DNA from: Candidatus Oxydemutatoraceae bacterium
Lineage (GTDB): Bacteria > Pseudomonadota > Gammaproteobacteria > Poriferisulfidales > Oxydemutatoraceae
Assembly (NCBI GenBank): GCA_965220085.1
Contig: CBDCOZ010000003.1
Span: 1,760,001-1,824,000, forward strand
DNA length: 64,000 bases
Direction of reading: 5' to 3'
Below are positions 52,401-53,000 of this stretch, piece by piece. The notes below the pieces were generated by a model. It searched no databases, was not told the DNA's origin, and saw nothing but the letters and a program-made list of their open reading frames with translations. Both the position numbers and the translations under genes were made by a program. Within the stretch, counting starts at the first letter, position 1, and each line of letters begins with the position of its first letter.

Positions 52401-53000
52401 TACGCCGAGGTTGGAAATACATCCTTTGTCGCATGCGCCGGCGGCGCTAGTCCCCCCCGTAACCGCGCCAAATAAGCCGCCCTGACCGCGCCCGGTGATA
52501 TTGGCCTGAAACAGGTTATAAATCGTGTGACCATTGCCCTCAAACTTTCCGCTCCACCGGTTGGTTGCGGTGCCAATGGGCGGAAAGCCGTCTCCGCTTG
52601 TCCATGCCGTGTTGACTGCGTCATCGCCGTAACTGTTCGGATCGTTAAAATCCAAATCATTCATCAATTCATAGCCGATGCAACCGCTGACCCCGCCCGG
52701 GCAACTGTCCCCGTTCGTGCCGAACTGTCGCTCCCAAGCAAAATAAGCGGAAGTGCCCGAGGACGGAACCGCTCCCGCAAGGTTAAAGCGCAACGCATTG
52801 AGTTGTTCCAGTGTCGTGATTTCTATCAGACCGTCGTCGTCGGTATCGTAGTCGGCCGGCGTTTGTGCGATTGCGGATGTGTGAAAGAGCGAAACTGCGA
52901 GCGCTAGAATCAGCGCGCCCGTTTTTAGCAACGGGCAAGGGAATCCGGAGAGCGCATGGAACATACGCCTCGCGTGGTTGATTGTAACTATTGTTGGCAT
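10458..53000 (-). CDS. Giant secreted cadherin-repeat adhesin-like protein (~14,180 aa) with three GLUG-type modules and C-terminal LRLRLRLFLEGPLR
   Basis: Uninterrupted 42.5-kb ORF. Likely start ATG 53000 (alternative 52964). Signal peptide K-TGALILALAVSLFHTSAIA|Q. Roughly 120 repeats (length-based estimate) of ~102-110 aa with cadherin motifs IAENA..G..V, W.L......LFAI, G.I....LD[YF]E, HT.T..A and LTI.V.NV.E. Confidence 0.93.
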   Translation of the reverse strand: MPTIVTINHARRMFHALSGFPCPLLKTGALILALAVSLFHTSAIAQTPADYDTDDDGLIEITTLEQLNALRFNLAGAVPSSGTSAYFAWERQFGTNGDSCPGGVSGCIGYELMNDLDFNDPNSYGDDAVNTAWTSGDGFPPIGTATNRWSGKFEGNGHTIYNLFQANITGRGQGGLFGAVTGGTSAAGACDKGCISNLGVTGLITAGTGDGGPAGSTNANRIGGIAGLMNGQSGLRARIENSWSAVRIEGGNEVGSLVGFGRGLEVVRSYATGRTRAYGDGNGSTQVRTNWTGGLIGNLDGRDGSFLEDSYATGYVDASDGAAPASGGLLGRNNEAAVPIRRSYSTALIAPAADGGGVIGAYFGLDATAIVWDTKTSGKDNAAGNGVAITGISGHATAELQAPTTRTGIYADWNPTSNEHWDFGTASQYPALKVDFNGDSTASWQEFGFQLREGPQELLAFENREEVALAWLAPSIPPEWNPPPTITYHIYRDGAAVRSDTVGRTPTADRGHLDRTIPEGFVVPLAYHVAAVIHGGEAARSAKVSVNILTIVDADPAGDADTATIAEDATAGTPVADVDLGAFLRNNAVAIDAVWSLTDDADGLFAIAADTGVITLAAGKMLNYEASTQHTVVVTADTVSSNSFVRLTLTINVLNVVEALAITDSDPDANAIAEDAQIDTEVAGINLVATENDEVITGAEWMLSDDAGGLFAIDAVGAITVADELDFETSEQHTITVQASKDGATSTLSLIIDVTDVPETLTIVDRADGDNTIIENSPMGTAIAGVMLAARGPDGADVSDVTWSLSDDADGLFAIATDTGAITFIASDTLDYEDTDARTHAVTVTAAAAGFATATLELTINVLNALEKLTIENTGSDAIELAENTPAGTAVTALTASDESGNAVTGVTWNLSDASGLFAISAGGEVRVATPPDFETAQSHTITAQASKDGINSNELALTITVTDVDEPQLQVADTDATGGADTATIAENATAGTAIAGVMLEAQDPASVAVSGVTVTWSLSDPNDLFAIATDTGIITLIADNTLDYEDTGARSHIVTVTAEAAGYEPGPPLELTINVLNVLENLTIENAGSGAIALAETATADAMVPGIALVATDEGGRPVTDLTWSLPDNADGLFAISTGGEVTVAGALNFETAPSHTIIAQASSQTVVSNALTLTIDVTNVLETLTIANTDSGAIELTENAPTGTAAPGITLTATDEGGDAVSDVTWSLTDAAGGLFAISADGEVTLASALDFETAPSHTIIAQASSQTVVSNALTLTIDVTNVLETLTIANTDSGAIELAEDAPAGDTVPGITLVATDEGNNAVSDVTWSLTDAAGGLFAISADGEVTLASALDFETAPSHTIIAQASSQTVVSNALTLTIDVTNVLETLTIANTDSGAIELTENAPTGTAAPGITLTATDEGGDAVSDVTWSLTDAAGGLFAISADGEVTLASALDFETAPSHTIIAQASSQTVVSNALTLTIDVTNVLETLTIANTASGAIELTENAPTGTAVPGITLTASEGSLPLVGGTDFTWELSNDAGGLFAISSDSGVVTLASALDFETAESHTITAQASTGVVSGAIAVTIAVTNVLETLTIANSGSGAIELAENAPTGTAAPGIALTATDESDNPVSGLTWTLSNPDVPDLFAIGSASGAITVAGALDYEAATQHTVGARASKDGIDSDELTLTIAVTNVLETLTIVDEDADDNAIAENAEADTAVSGIALVVADEIGDTVSGVTWTLSDPADPDLFAINSASGAISLIASDRLDYETPPNSYAVTVQVTKGDITSSEETLTIAVTNVLEALTIRDRNAAANTIAENAAAGSQVLGIALEAKDEANNAVTSDLSWTLTANPNNLFLIDSAGAIILVAANSLNHETSPQHTVTARASGDGVNSNEVSLVINVGEINENLVIVDLPDMDNRTEISESVTSGTVVSGLGLEARDADNNSLSGVTWSLSDDAGGLFAIDSASGAITVAGALDYETAREHVLTVRATRGADSAEINVQVEVVNVLETLTITNTGSGAIELAEDADVNTAVPGIALTVSDESGSAVSDVLWNLIDPSGLFLIGPDGVISLASDTLDYETQTGYPVRVQADKGDVSSSGLDLTIAVTNVLEILGIKNTGVAMIELAEDTAIGTTVSDVVLEATDENEVAVSGVTWSLNNDAGGLFAIDSDSGEVTVERELDYEAATQHMVTAQASKDSVSSNEEFLLIAVTNILEMLTIANGGSSAIDLAEDATAGATVPGIALTATDEGGNPVSGVTWNLTDASGLFAIAADTGAISLASDALDYETPPNSYAVTAQASKGGINSNNLGLTIAITNVLETLTIANSGTGAIEIAENAPVGAPVPGIALTASEGSIPVTGVTWRLTDDAGGLFAIAAAGEVSAAAPPDFETARSHTITAQASGDGIDSNELALTIAVTDVDEPQLRIADTDETGGADTATIAENATAGTAIAGVTLAAQAPDGAAVSGATWSLSDPNDLFAIATDTGAITLIADNTLDYEDTGARTHAVTVTAAASGYEPDPLELTINVTNVLETLTIADSNAGDNTIAENATIGDEVTGVTLTVRDEGNRLVTDLTWSLTNDAGGLFAIGAGGEVTVAGALDFETAQSHAITAQASTAAIANTIALTIAVENVLETLTAANSGSGAIELVENATAGVPVPGIALTVTDEDGNAVSGVTWSLTDASGLFAIDSATGAISLINSGSLDYETLPNSYAVTVQAGKDGVDSGDLSLTIAVTNVLERLTIADSDAVANAIAENAPIGAEVTGIALSASDEGGRPVTDMTWSLTNNAGGLFAISSAGGEVTVAGTLDFETAQTHTITAQATTDTVVSSPLSLTIAVQRARDSDRDGLIEITTLEQLDAMRWDLDGDGIASTSTDVYLMAFGAGASGCPTPAHPADDDPTITSCIGYELANDLDFDAGDDYASGAVNKGWSAGEGGAGWKPIGVSGHRFAARFDGNGNTIDNLYINSAATEGALGLFGVIGVVGDSAAELGNVGVTGSVTAAGSDAQVGGLVGAVTGGQAEVANSWSSVTAQGGSAAGALAGRLVGSGLRTSYASGNVSAPAGAGGGLVGLVAPSISRVARMDHIYATGSVNADDGGGLIGVRVDREMLNYGYSTALVRGDDEDGNQGGIVGDRSQTTRLSYVAVYWDTETSAATQIIGNFYSGAINYQAGRTTDELQTPPGYDGIYADWNADGADNWDFGSASQYPALKVDFDNDGTASWQEFGYQLRDLPELTASGFGSSRELSWSAPSVPAEWTNPPAITYSVYRDKVLLESGLSDTNYADATARTGAGYAYHVAAVINGGEAVRSVATIAEPDIEIVNALGGTTGTIAETAAVGDAVAGIALQVRLSDGTNTETLTEDIAWELSDDAGGQFAISEIGAITLLAADHALDFESTRTYALRAQATAGGLRTATIDLTVEVANVTEAANIALTDNDEGANEIAENAAAGTAVSNVDLAVSERGELISGVTWSLTDGGPFRIDENGAILLMTAGELDFEMSANASYKVTVSATVPAEQIPDSDDPVTVTLEVTIAVTNVLETLTIADSGAGDNAIAENATIGAEVTGVTLTVSDEGSRPVTDLIWSLPDDASGLFAIATDTGVVSVAGDLDFEAVGGESHTLMAQAAKDGVTSAAFSVTVTVENVLETLTIADSNTGANTIAENATIGAEVTGVTLTVSDEGSRPVTDLTWSLPGNAGGLFAIATDTGVVSVAGDLDFEAAGGESHTLMAQAAKDGVTSAAFSITVTVENVLETLTIADSNAGANAIAENATIGAEVIGITLTASDEGSNAVTDLTWSLPGNAGGLFAIATDTGVISVAGDLDFEAAGGESHTLMAQAAKDGVTSAAFSITVTVENVLETLTIADSNAGANAIAENATIGTEVSGITLTASDEGSNAVTDLTWSLPDNAGGLFAIATNTGVISVAGDLDFEAAGGESHTLMAQAAKNGIDSNELSLTIAVTDIDESLPQLQIADTDATGDANTAVIAEDASAGAAIADVTLAAQDADSNVVSGAVWSLTDPSGLFAIDSANGEITLVASNTLDYEDSSARSHSVTVTAEVDSYQPAVVTLTINVTNVLEKLTIADSDAGANAIAENATIGAEVIGVTLSARDEGGATVTDLTWSLPDDASGLFAIATNTGVISVAGDLDFEAAGGESHTLMAQAAKDGVTSVAFSITITVENVLETLTIADNDTGDNTIAENAPAGTVVPGIALTVRDEGGSTVSAVVWSLTDDAGSLFAITSNTGVITVEGALDYAAATQHTVRAQASRDGIDSNELSLTIAVTDIDETLPQLQIADTDATGDANTATIAESATGGTAIADVTLAAQDADSNVVSGAVWSLTDPSGSFAIDSANGEITLIAGKTLDYETARSHSVTVTAEVDSYQSATLTLAINVLNVLETLTVADNDTGDNTIAENATIGAEVTGVTLTVSDEGGATVTDLTWSLPDDASGLFAIATDTGVISVAGDLDFEAVGGESHTLMAQAAKDGVTSVAFSITITVENVLETLTIADSNAGANTIAENATIGAEVTGVTLTVSDEGSRPVTDLTWSLPGNAGGLFAIATDTGVISVAGDLDFEAAGGESHTLMAQAAKDGVTSAAFSITITVENVLETLTIADSDTGGNTIAENAPAGTVVPGIALTVRDEGGSTVSAVVWSLTDDAGSLFAITSNTGVITAEGALDYAAATQHTVTAQASKDGIDSNELSLTIAVTDIDETLPQLQIADTDATGAANTATIAESATGGTAIADVTLAAQDADSNVVSGAVWSLTDPSGSFAIDSANGEITLIAGKTLDYETARSHSVTVTAEVDSYQSATLTLAINVLNVLETLTIADSNTGANTIAENATIGAEVTGVTLTVSDEGGATVTDLTWSLPDDASGLFAIATNTGVISVAGDLDFEAVGGESHTLMAQAAKDGVTSVAFSITITVENVLETLTIADSDTGGNTIAENAPAGTVVPGIALTVRDEGGSTVSAVVWSLTDDAGSLFAITSNTGVITAEGALDYAAATQHTVTAQASKDGIDSNELSLTIAVTDIDETLPQLQIADTDATGDANTATIAESATGGTAIADVTLAAQDADSNVVSGAVWSLTDPSGSFAIDSANGEITLIAGKTLDYETARSHSVTVTAEVDSYQSATLTLAINVLNVLETLTVADNDTGDNTIAENATIGAEVTGVTLTVSDEGGATVTDLTWSLPDDASGLFAIATNTGVISVAGDLDFEAVGGESHTLMAQAAKDGVTSAAFSVTVTVENVLETLTIADSDAGANAIAENATIGAEVSGVTLTASDEGGRPVTDLTWSLPDNAGGLFAISTGGEVTVAGALNFETAESHTITAQASKDGIDSNELSLTIAVTDIDETLPQLQIADTDATGDANTATIAESATGGTAIADVTLAAQDADSNVVSGAVWSLTDPSGSFAIDSANGEITLIAGKTLDYETARSHSVTVTAEVDSYQSATLTLAINVLNVLETLTVADNDTGDNTIAENATVGAEVTGVTLTVSDEGGATVTDLTWSLPDDASGLFAIATDTGVISVAGDLDFEAVGGESHTLMAQAAKDGVTSAAFSVTVTVENVLETLTIADSDAGANAIAENAPAGTVVPGIALTVRDEGGSTVSAVVWSLTDDAGSLFAITSNTGVITVEGALDYAAATQHTVRAQASKDGIDSNELSLTIAVTDIDETLPQLQIADTDATGDANTATIAESATGGTAIADVTLAAQDADSNVVSGAVWSLTDPSGSFAIDSANGEITLIAGKTLDYETARSHSVTVTAEVDSYQSATLTLAINVLNVLETLTVADNDTGDNTIAENATVGAEVTGVTLTVSDEGGATVTDLTWSLPDDASGLFAIATNTGVISVAGDLDFEAVGGESHTLMAQAAKDGVTSAAFSVTVTVENVLEKLTIADSDAGANAVAENATIGAEVIGVTLSARDEGGATVTDLTWSLPDDASGLFAIATNTGVISVAGDLDFEAVGGESHTLMAQAAKDGVTSVAFSVTVTVENVLETLTIADSDAGANAIAENATIGAEVIGVTLSARDEGGATVTDLTWSLPDDASGLFAIATNTGVISVAGDLDFEAVGGESHILMAQAAKDGVTSVAFSITITVENVLETLTIADSDTGANAIAENAPAGTVVPGIALTVRDEGGSTVSAVVWSLTDDAGSLFAITSNTGVITVEGALDYAAATQHTVRAQASKDGIDSNELSLTIAVTDIDETLPQLQIADTDTTGDANTATIAEDASAGAAIADVTLAAQDADSNVVSGAVWSLTDPSGLFAIDNANGEITLVASNTLDYEDSSARRHSVTVTAEVDSYQSATLTLAINVLNVLETLTVADNDTGDNTIAENATIGAEVTGVTLTVSDEGGATVTDLTWSLPDDASGLFAIATDTGVISVAGDLDFEAVGGESHTLMAQAAKDGVTSAAFSVTVTVENVLETLTIADSDAGANAIAENATIGAEVSGVTLTASDEGGRPVTDLTWSLPDNAGGLFAIATNTGVISVAGALNFEAAGGESHTLMAQAAKDGVTSVAFSITITVENVLETLTIADSDTGGNTIAENAPAGTVVPGIALTVRDEGGSTVSAVVWSLTDDAGSLFAITSNTGVITVEGALDYAAATQHTVRAQASKDGIDSNELSLTIAVTDIDETLPQLQIADTDATGDANTATIAESATGGTAIADVTLAAQDADSNVVSGAVWSLTDPSGSFAIDSANGEITLIAGKTLDYETARSHSVTVTAEVDSYQSATLTLAINVLNVLETLTVADNDAGANAIAENATIGAEVIGVTLSARDEGGATVTDLTWSLPDDASGLFAIATNTGVISVAGDLDFEAAGGESHTLMAQAAKDGVTSVAFSITVDVENVLETLTIADSDTGGNTIAENAPAGTVVPGIALTVRDEGGSTVSAVVWSLTDDAGSLFAITSNTGVITVEGALDYAAATQHTVRAQASRDGIDSNELSLTIAVTDIDETLPQLQIADTDATGDANTATIAESATGGTAIADVTLAAQDADSNVVSGAVWSLTDPSGSFAIDSANGEITLIAGKTLDYETARSHSVTVTAEVDSYQSATLTLAINVLNVLETLTIADNDTGANTIAENATVGAEVTGVTLTVSDEGGATVTDLTWSLPDDASGLFAIATNTGVISVAGDLDFEAAGGESHTLMAQAAKDGVASVAFSITVTVENVLETLTIADSDTGGNTIAENAPAGTVVPGIALTVRDEGGSTVSAVVWSLTDDAGSLFAITSNTGVITVEGALDYAAATQHTVRAQASRDGIDSNELSLTIAVTDIDETLPQLQIADTDATGDANTATIAESATGGTAIADVTLAAQDADSNVVSGAVWSLTDPSGSFAIDSANGEITLIAGKTLDYETARSHSVTVTAEVDSYQSATLTLAINVLNVLETLTVADNDTGDNTIAENATVGAEVTGVTLTVSDEGGATVTDLTWSLPDDASGLFAIATDTGVISVAGDLDFEAVGGESHTLMAQAAKDGVTSVAFSVTVTVENVLETLTIADSNTGANTIAENATIGAEVTGVTLTASDEGSNAVTDLTWSLPDDASGLFAISTGGEVTVAGALNFETAESHTITAQASTGAVVNTLVLTIAVENVLETLTVTDSDNTDNTIAENATIGAEVSGVTLTASDEGGRPVTDLTWSLPDNAGGLFAISTGGEVTVAGALNFEAAGGESHTLMAQAAKDGVTSVAFSITITVENVLETLTIVNGGSGAIELAENAPVGTVVPGIALTVSDEGGVAVSGVVWSLTDDADSLFAITSNTGVITVEGALNYAAATQHTVTAQASKDGIDSNQLTLTIAVTDIDETLPQLQIADTDTTGDANTATIAESATGGVAIADVTLAAQDADSNVVSGVTWSLTDPSSLFTVGSTSGVITLIAGKTLDYETAHSYSVTVTAEAAGYQPAAVTLTINVTNVLEMLTVTDSDNADNAIAENATIGTEVSGITLTASDEGSNAVTDLTWSLPDNAGGLFAISTGGEVTVAGALNFETAESHTITAQASTGAVVNTLALTIAVENVLETLTVTDSDNTDNTIAENATIGAEVSGVTLTASDEGGRPVTDLTWSLPDNAGGLFAISTGGEVTVAGALNFETAESHTLMAQAAKDGVTSVAFSITVTVENVLETLTIANGGSGAIELAENAPAGTVVPGIALTVSDEGGVAVSGVVWSLTDDADSLFAITSNTGVITAEGALDYAAATQHTVTAQASKDGIDSNELSLTIAVTDIDETLPQLQIADTDTTGDANTATIAESATGGVAIADVTLAAQDADSNVVSGAVWSLIDPSGSFAIDSANGEITLIAGKTLDYETARSHSVTVTAEAAGYQPAAVTLTINVTNVLEMLTVTDSDNADNAIAENATIGAEVSGVTLSASDEGSNAVTDLTWSLPDNAGGLFAISTGGEVTVAGALNFETAESHTITAQASTGAVVNTLALTIAVENVLETLTVTDSDNTDNAIAENATIGAEVSGVTLTASDEGGRPVTDLTWSLPDNAGGLFAISTGGEVTVAGALNFETAESHTLMAQAAKDGVTSVAFSITVTVENVLETLTIANGGSGAIELAENAPVGTVVPGIALTVSDEGGVAVSGVVWSLTDDADSLFAITSNTGVITAEGALDYAAATQHTVTAQASKDGIDSNELSLTIAVTDIDETLPQLQIADTDATGAANTATIAEDATEGTAIAGVTLAAQDTDGTAVSSATWSLTDPSSLFAIGSTSGVITLAASDTLDYEDIGARNHSVTVTAAAAGFMTATLELTINVLNVLETLTIANGGSGAIELAENAPAGTVVPGINLVATENDEVITGAEWMLTDDAGSLFAITSNSGVITAEGALDYAAATQHTVTAQASKDGIDSNQLTLTIAVTDIDETLPQLQIADTDATGDANTATIAESATGGTAIADVTLAAQDADSNVVSGAVWSLTDPSGSFAIDSANGEITLIAGKTLDYETARSHSVTVTAEAAGYQPAIVTLTINVTNVLEMLTVTDSDNADNTITETAAANTAVAGIALTVTDEGGSAVTTGLTWTLTGGGLFAIDANGAISLIASDTLDYEDTDSHTVEAQVSVTGDGATVRSDTFEVTIMVVNSIFELVIADDDDATNLVLENAPAGTAISGLSLAAYERDVRNGDLVRSLASIMWSLDANDMLTIDSATGEVSLTRAVDYETDGGDARKADVVVTISATDPATRAERIDQHRIGVEIVNVVESITVTDSDSDASAIAEDATVGTVVPGISLTANEGSLGLIDGIDFTWRLSDNAGGLFAISTGGEVTVAGALNFETAQSHTITAQASTGTVVNTLALTIAVENVLETLTIANGDSGAIELAENAPAGTVVPGIALTVRDEGGSTVSAVVWSLTDDAGSLFAITSNTGVITVEGALDYETSSQHTVMAQATKDGVDSNELSLTIAVENVLETLTIENTGSGAIEMTENAPAGTVVPGIALTVGDEGGSTVSGAVWSLTDDADSLFAITSNSGVITVEGALDYAAATQHTVTARASKDGIDSNQLTLTIAVTDIDETLPQLQIADTDTTGDANTATIAESATGGTAIADVALAAQDSGGATVAGVTWSLTDPSSLFTVGSTSGVITLIADNTLDYEDTNARSHSVTVTAEADGYQPAALTLTINVTNVLETLTIANGGSGAIELAENAPVGTVVPGIALTASEGSLPLVGGTDFAWELSDAAGGLFAIDSESGVVTLAGALDYETAQSHTITARASTGAVSETIAVTIAVTNVDETLPQLQIADTDATGDDNTATIAEDASAGAAIAGVTLAAQDSSGAAVSVTWNLSAPSEIDLFEIDSASGEITLIADNTLDYETVRSHTVAVTATADGYQPAAVTLTINVTNVLETLTVANSGSGAIELAENAPTGTVVPGIILTASEGSLVLTGGTDFAWELSDAAAGRFAIDSESGVVTLAGALDYETAQSHTITAQASTGTVSETIAVTIAVTNVDETLPQLQIADTDATGAANTATIAEDAAAGTAIADVTLAAQDSAGVAVSSATWSLTDPSGLFTIGSTNGVITLIASDTLDYETARSHTVAITATADSYQPAIVTLTINVTNVLETLTIVNGGSGAIELAENAPVGTVVPGIALTVSDEGGVAVSGVVWSLTDDADSLFAITSNTGVITAEGALNYAAATQHTVTAQASKDGIDSNQLTLTIAVTDIDETLPQLQIADTDATGAANTATIAEDAAAGTAIADVTLAAQDSAGVAVSSATWSLSGQNELDLFEIDSASGEITLIVSDTLDYETARSHNVTVIAEAAGYQPAIVTLTINVTNVLETLTIENTGSGAIELTENAPAGTVVPGIALTASDEGGATVSEVVWSLTDASGLFAINSASGVITAEGELDYEASSQHTVAAQATKDGVDSNELSLTITVTDVDETLPQLQIADTDATGVANTATIAEDASAGTAIAGVTLAAQDPAGATVTGVTWSLTDPSSLFTVGSTSGVITLIADNTLDYETARSHSVTVTAEAAGYQPAAVALTINVTNVPETLTVANSGTGAIELAEDAPAGTVVPGIALTASEGSLPLTGGIDFTWELSDDAVGRFAIDSESGVVTVAGALDYETAQSHTITAQASTGTVSSTIEVTIAVTNVPETLTVANGGSAAIALAENATVGTVVPGITLTASEGSLPLVGGTDFTWALSDAAGGLFAIDSESGVVTLAGALDYEMAQSHTIIAQASTGAVSETIEVTIAVTNVPETLTVANSGNGAINLAENATVGAVVPGITLTASEGSLPLTGGIDFTWELSDDAVGRFAIDSESGVVTLAGALDYEMAQSHTIIAQASTGAVSETIEVIVVVTNVAETLTVANGGSGAIALAENATVGIVVPGITLTASEGSLPLVGGTDFTWALSDAAGGLFAIDSESGVVTLAGALDYETAQSHTITAQASTGTVSSTIEVTIAVTNVPETLTVANGGSGAIALAENVPTGAVVPGIALTANDEGNTAVTGVRWSLASTPTGLFAIDSDSGLVTVAGALDYETSSQHIVMAQATKDGIDSNELSLTITVTDVDETLPQLQIADTDATGDADTATIAESATAGMAIAGVTLAAQDSAGAAVSGATWNLTDPSDLFTIGNANGIITLVASDTLDYEDTGARSHAVTVTAEAAGYQPAALTLTINVTNVPETLTVANSGNGAINLAENATVGAVVPGITLTASEGSLPLTGGIDFTWELSDDAVGRFAIDSESGVVTLAGALDYEMAQSHTIIAQASTGAVSETIEVTIAVTNVAETLTVANGGSAAIALAENATVGTVVPGITLTASEGSLPLTGGTDFTWELSDDAVGRFAIDSESGVVTVAGALDYETAQSHTITAQASTGTVSSTIEVTIAVTNVAETLTVANGGSGAIALAENATVGAVVPGIALTASEGSLPLTGGTDFAWDLSDAAGSLFAIDSESGVVTLAGALDYEMAQSHTITARASTGAVSETIAVTIAVTNVLETLTVANSGMGAIELAENAAVGAVVPGIILTASEGSLSLTGGTDFAWDLSNNAGGRFAIDSESGVVTLAGALDYETTQSHTIIAQASTGTVSDTIEVTIAVTDIDETLPQLQIADTDAAGDANTATIAEDASAGTAIADVTLAAQDSGGATVNGVIWSLTDPSGLFTVGSTSGVITLVADNTLDYETARSHTVTLTAEADGYQPAVVTLRINVTNVLETLTIANGGSGAIELAENAPAGTVVPGIALTASDEGGATVSEVVWRLIDASGLFAINSASGVITAEGALDYEASSQHTVMAQATKDGIDSNELSLTIAVTDVDETLPQLQIADTDATGAANTATIAEDAAAGTAIADVTLAAQDSSGAAVSSVTWNLTDPSGLFTVGSTSGVITLVADNTLDYETARNHTVTLTAEADGYQPAVVTLRINVTNVLETLTVTDSDNADNVIVETAVADTAVVGTALTVTDEGGSAVTTGLTWALFGGDGLFAIDANGMIRLIVGDSLDFETSSSATVMVQVEKDGVTSAMFELMITILDVNENVLIVDTDGNDTSAAIDEDAEAGDALPGLALVARDADGAELSSVSWELTNTAGGLFAIGTTSGEITLAGMLDYEATPTHTLVIRATTGENSSHFVLRVNVGNVLESLTVTDSDSDDNTIAENATSGSAVSGIALVVTDEGGRPVTEGLDWSLASDPSGLFAVASTNGEITLTGAADHETTPTHTVMVQVAKDGITSSAVELTIHVTNVLETLTVTDSDTAENTIAENATSGTAVAGIAFAVTDEGGRPVTEGLTWSLAANPGNLFAISTTGGEITLVGEADYETTPTHMLTVAVTAAGISDEFELTVEVQNALEALTITDRDDVANEIVENVATATAVSGIDLAALDEAGNAAADGLVWRLTENADGRFAIDPDSGIITADRTPDYETSTQTSFTVTVAVTKDGVDSAPLSLSIALRNVLESLILEDINAAANGIDENALAGVIVSGIAFAVRDESGNEVTDGLTWTLPESAGDLFVINNQGVISVTKVTSEALDAENVADYALQVRVSKDGVDSNATDVPVVVRNLLEELKIANGGSGAIALAEDATTGAVVPGIALTATDEGGNAVSSATWSLTDASGLFAISADTGVISLIAANTLDYDIEALRSHTVRAQASKDGVISDPFALTIDVTDVLETLQIVDNNPAEDTIIENAASGTAVSGIDLAAENEAGDSVRDVLWSLTDNAGGLFAISTAGAITATAPLDHETTPTHAVIVRAAKDGIDSAPFALTIAVGDVLERLTVADGNADANRIAEDATSGTQVLGITLSASDEKSEAVTDVTWSLSDDAGGRFAISADTGVISLVADDRLDFATSSSVAVTVQAAKDGVTSDAFDLPITILEVNENIRIVDTDGFDAFATIDEDATTGTMLSGARLVARDADSAELMTGVTWSLSDAAGGLFAIATDTAVITLTGMLDYETTPTHTVVIRATHEGNSSNFVLQVNVGNVLESLTATDSDEDANTIAETATTGTAVAGIVFAATDEGGRPVTEGLTWSLAADPSGLFAIGSTGGEVTLIGTADYETTPTHTVMVQVAKGGTTSSAVALTIDVTNIPETLTVTNADSTGTAMIAVAENAIIGTRVPGIRLIVTDEAGTEVTEGLTWSSTSTLFMVNPATGVIATGAALDYETATSHTITVTAASGGVSGSIGLPIAVEDVLETLMITDDDPAANRIPENSPLSEAVSGAELIVRDEGGDEVSPMTWGLRDNAVGRFAISTINGEITATAALDYESSTSFVIIVQATSGGVTSAPFRMTIEVANVFDEFAISDTNAEANTIAENADAGAIVDGVELAATFAPGEGRPQVSWMLVDDAAELFRIGADTGVISLTRGGALDYDAATQHTVMAQARAGGGLEGGEGVLSNVLAVTIEVIRAPASETDYDRDDDNLIEITTLEQLDAVRYDLDGDGKPSTGSQTTYEMAFPDAAVAMGCASTCTGYELLNGLDFAGTTNTAWTSGEGWEPIGDGGNHFTAIFNGNGNTIANLHINRNADSQGLFGVIGDGGTITNVGVTGSVLAGAGGNTGGLAGQQAAGGAIERSYSAVSVQGYRAGSLLGQDKGGTVRLSYASGRVNGDNTAGGLIGSAFFLTTVKPRAEHAYATGYVNATNASASVAGGVGGGLIGHFRDARLSYIYSTAFVDPATRFAGGIGGRNSTDDPEFIAVYWDTEASGVTAAIRSGTSAGITSQTTVELQAPTSYAGIYANWNANDADGNPTDYWDFGAADQYPALKIDFNNDGMASWEEFGYQLREGPQNVEISATSATGITLSWTAPDISHWPVVPPSVGYALYRNGAALSLAADDITEENGENGVTYSYTDSATSAAAVYHITAVVNGGEASRSAASLPSLTITDSDPAPNAIAEDAAEGTAVTGITLMVRDENGNAVTNAIWELTDNAGGMFAISSNTGVITVAGELSAGEQTITVRARRGELASNELTLTIVVSSPLAPATLTITDSDPAPNAIAEDAAEGTAVTGITLMVRDENGNAVTNAIWELTDNAGGMFAISSNTGVITVAGELSAGEQTITVRARRGELASNELTLTIVVSSPLAPATLTITDSDPAPNAIAEDAAEGTAVTGITLMVRDENGNAVTNAIWELTDNAGGMFAINAEGVITVASALTAGDQMITVQAEREGITSELELTITVEASVLRLRLRLFLEGPLR
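10603..11411 (-). repeat. Three near-identical 309-bp C-terminal cadherin-like repeats lacking the LDYE motif
   Basis: LTITDSDPAPNAIAEDAAEGTAVTG... occurs three times; antisense ORF spacing 10884/11193 = 309. Confidence 0.92.
11420..12810 (-). other. GLUG-type module 3 plus FN3-like domain within giant gene 1
   Basis: DYDRDDDNLIEITTLEQL, CASTCTGYEL, GWEPIG, FNGNGNTIANL, GLFG, GGLAG/GGLIG turns, WDFG...QYPALK, GITLSWTAP. Confidence 0.75.
18270..21450 (-). repeat. Cluster of ~315-bp cadherin repeats of the ASEGSLPL-GGTDF class
   Basis: Antisense ORF spacing 18676/18991/19306 and 20275/20590/20905/21220. Confidence 0.85.
26950..30450 (-). repeat. 1263-bp higher-order repeat (four cadherin domains), about three copies
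   Basis: Antisense ORFs at 27094, 28357 and 29620 are spaced 1263 bp and near-identical. Confidence 0.88.
30680..40700 (-). repeat. 966-bp higher-order repeat (three cadherin classes) with occasional extra 318-bp units
   Basis: Identical antisense ORFs at 30850, 31816, 32782, 35674, 36640, 37603, 38569 and 39853; spacings include 966, 963 and 1284 (966+318). Confidence 0.9.
41100..42330 (-). repeat. About four tandem 318-bp cadherin repeats (AGDLDFEA-GGESH class)
   Basis: Antisense ORFs at 41130, 41448, 41766 and 42084. Confidence 0.88.
43000..44425 (-). other. GLUG-type module 2 plus FN3-like domain within giant gene 1
   Basis: DSDRDGLIEITTLEQL, SCIGYELANDLDF, GWKPIG, FDGNGNTIDNL, GLFGVIG, VGGLVG, WDFGSASQYPALKVDF, ELSWSAP. 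Confidence 0.75.
48440..49550 (-). repeat. Three to four tandem 309-bp cadherin repeats (QASSQTVVSNAL class)
   Basis: ATTGTCAGTGTCAGCGCATTAGACACC at 48541, 48850, 49159 and 49468. Confidence 0.9.
51365..52865 (-). other. N-terminal GLUG-type module 1 plus FN3-like domain within giant gene 1
   Basis: DYDTDDDGLIEITTLEQL, GCIGYELMNDLDF, FPPIG, FEGNGHTIYNL, GGLFG, IGGIAG, WDFGTASQYPALKVDF, VALAWLAP. Confidence 0.75.
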
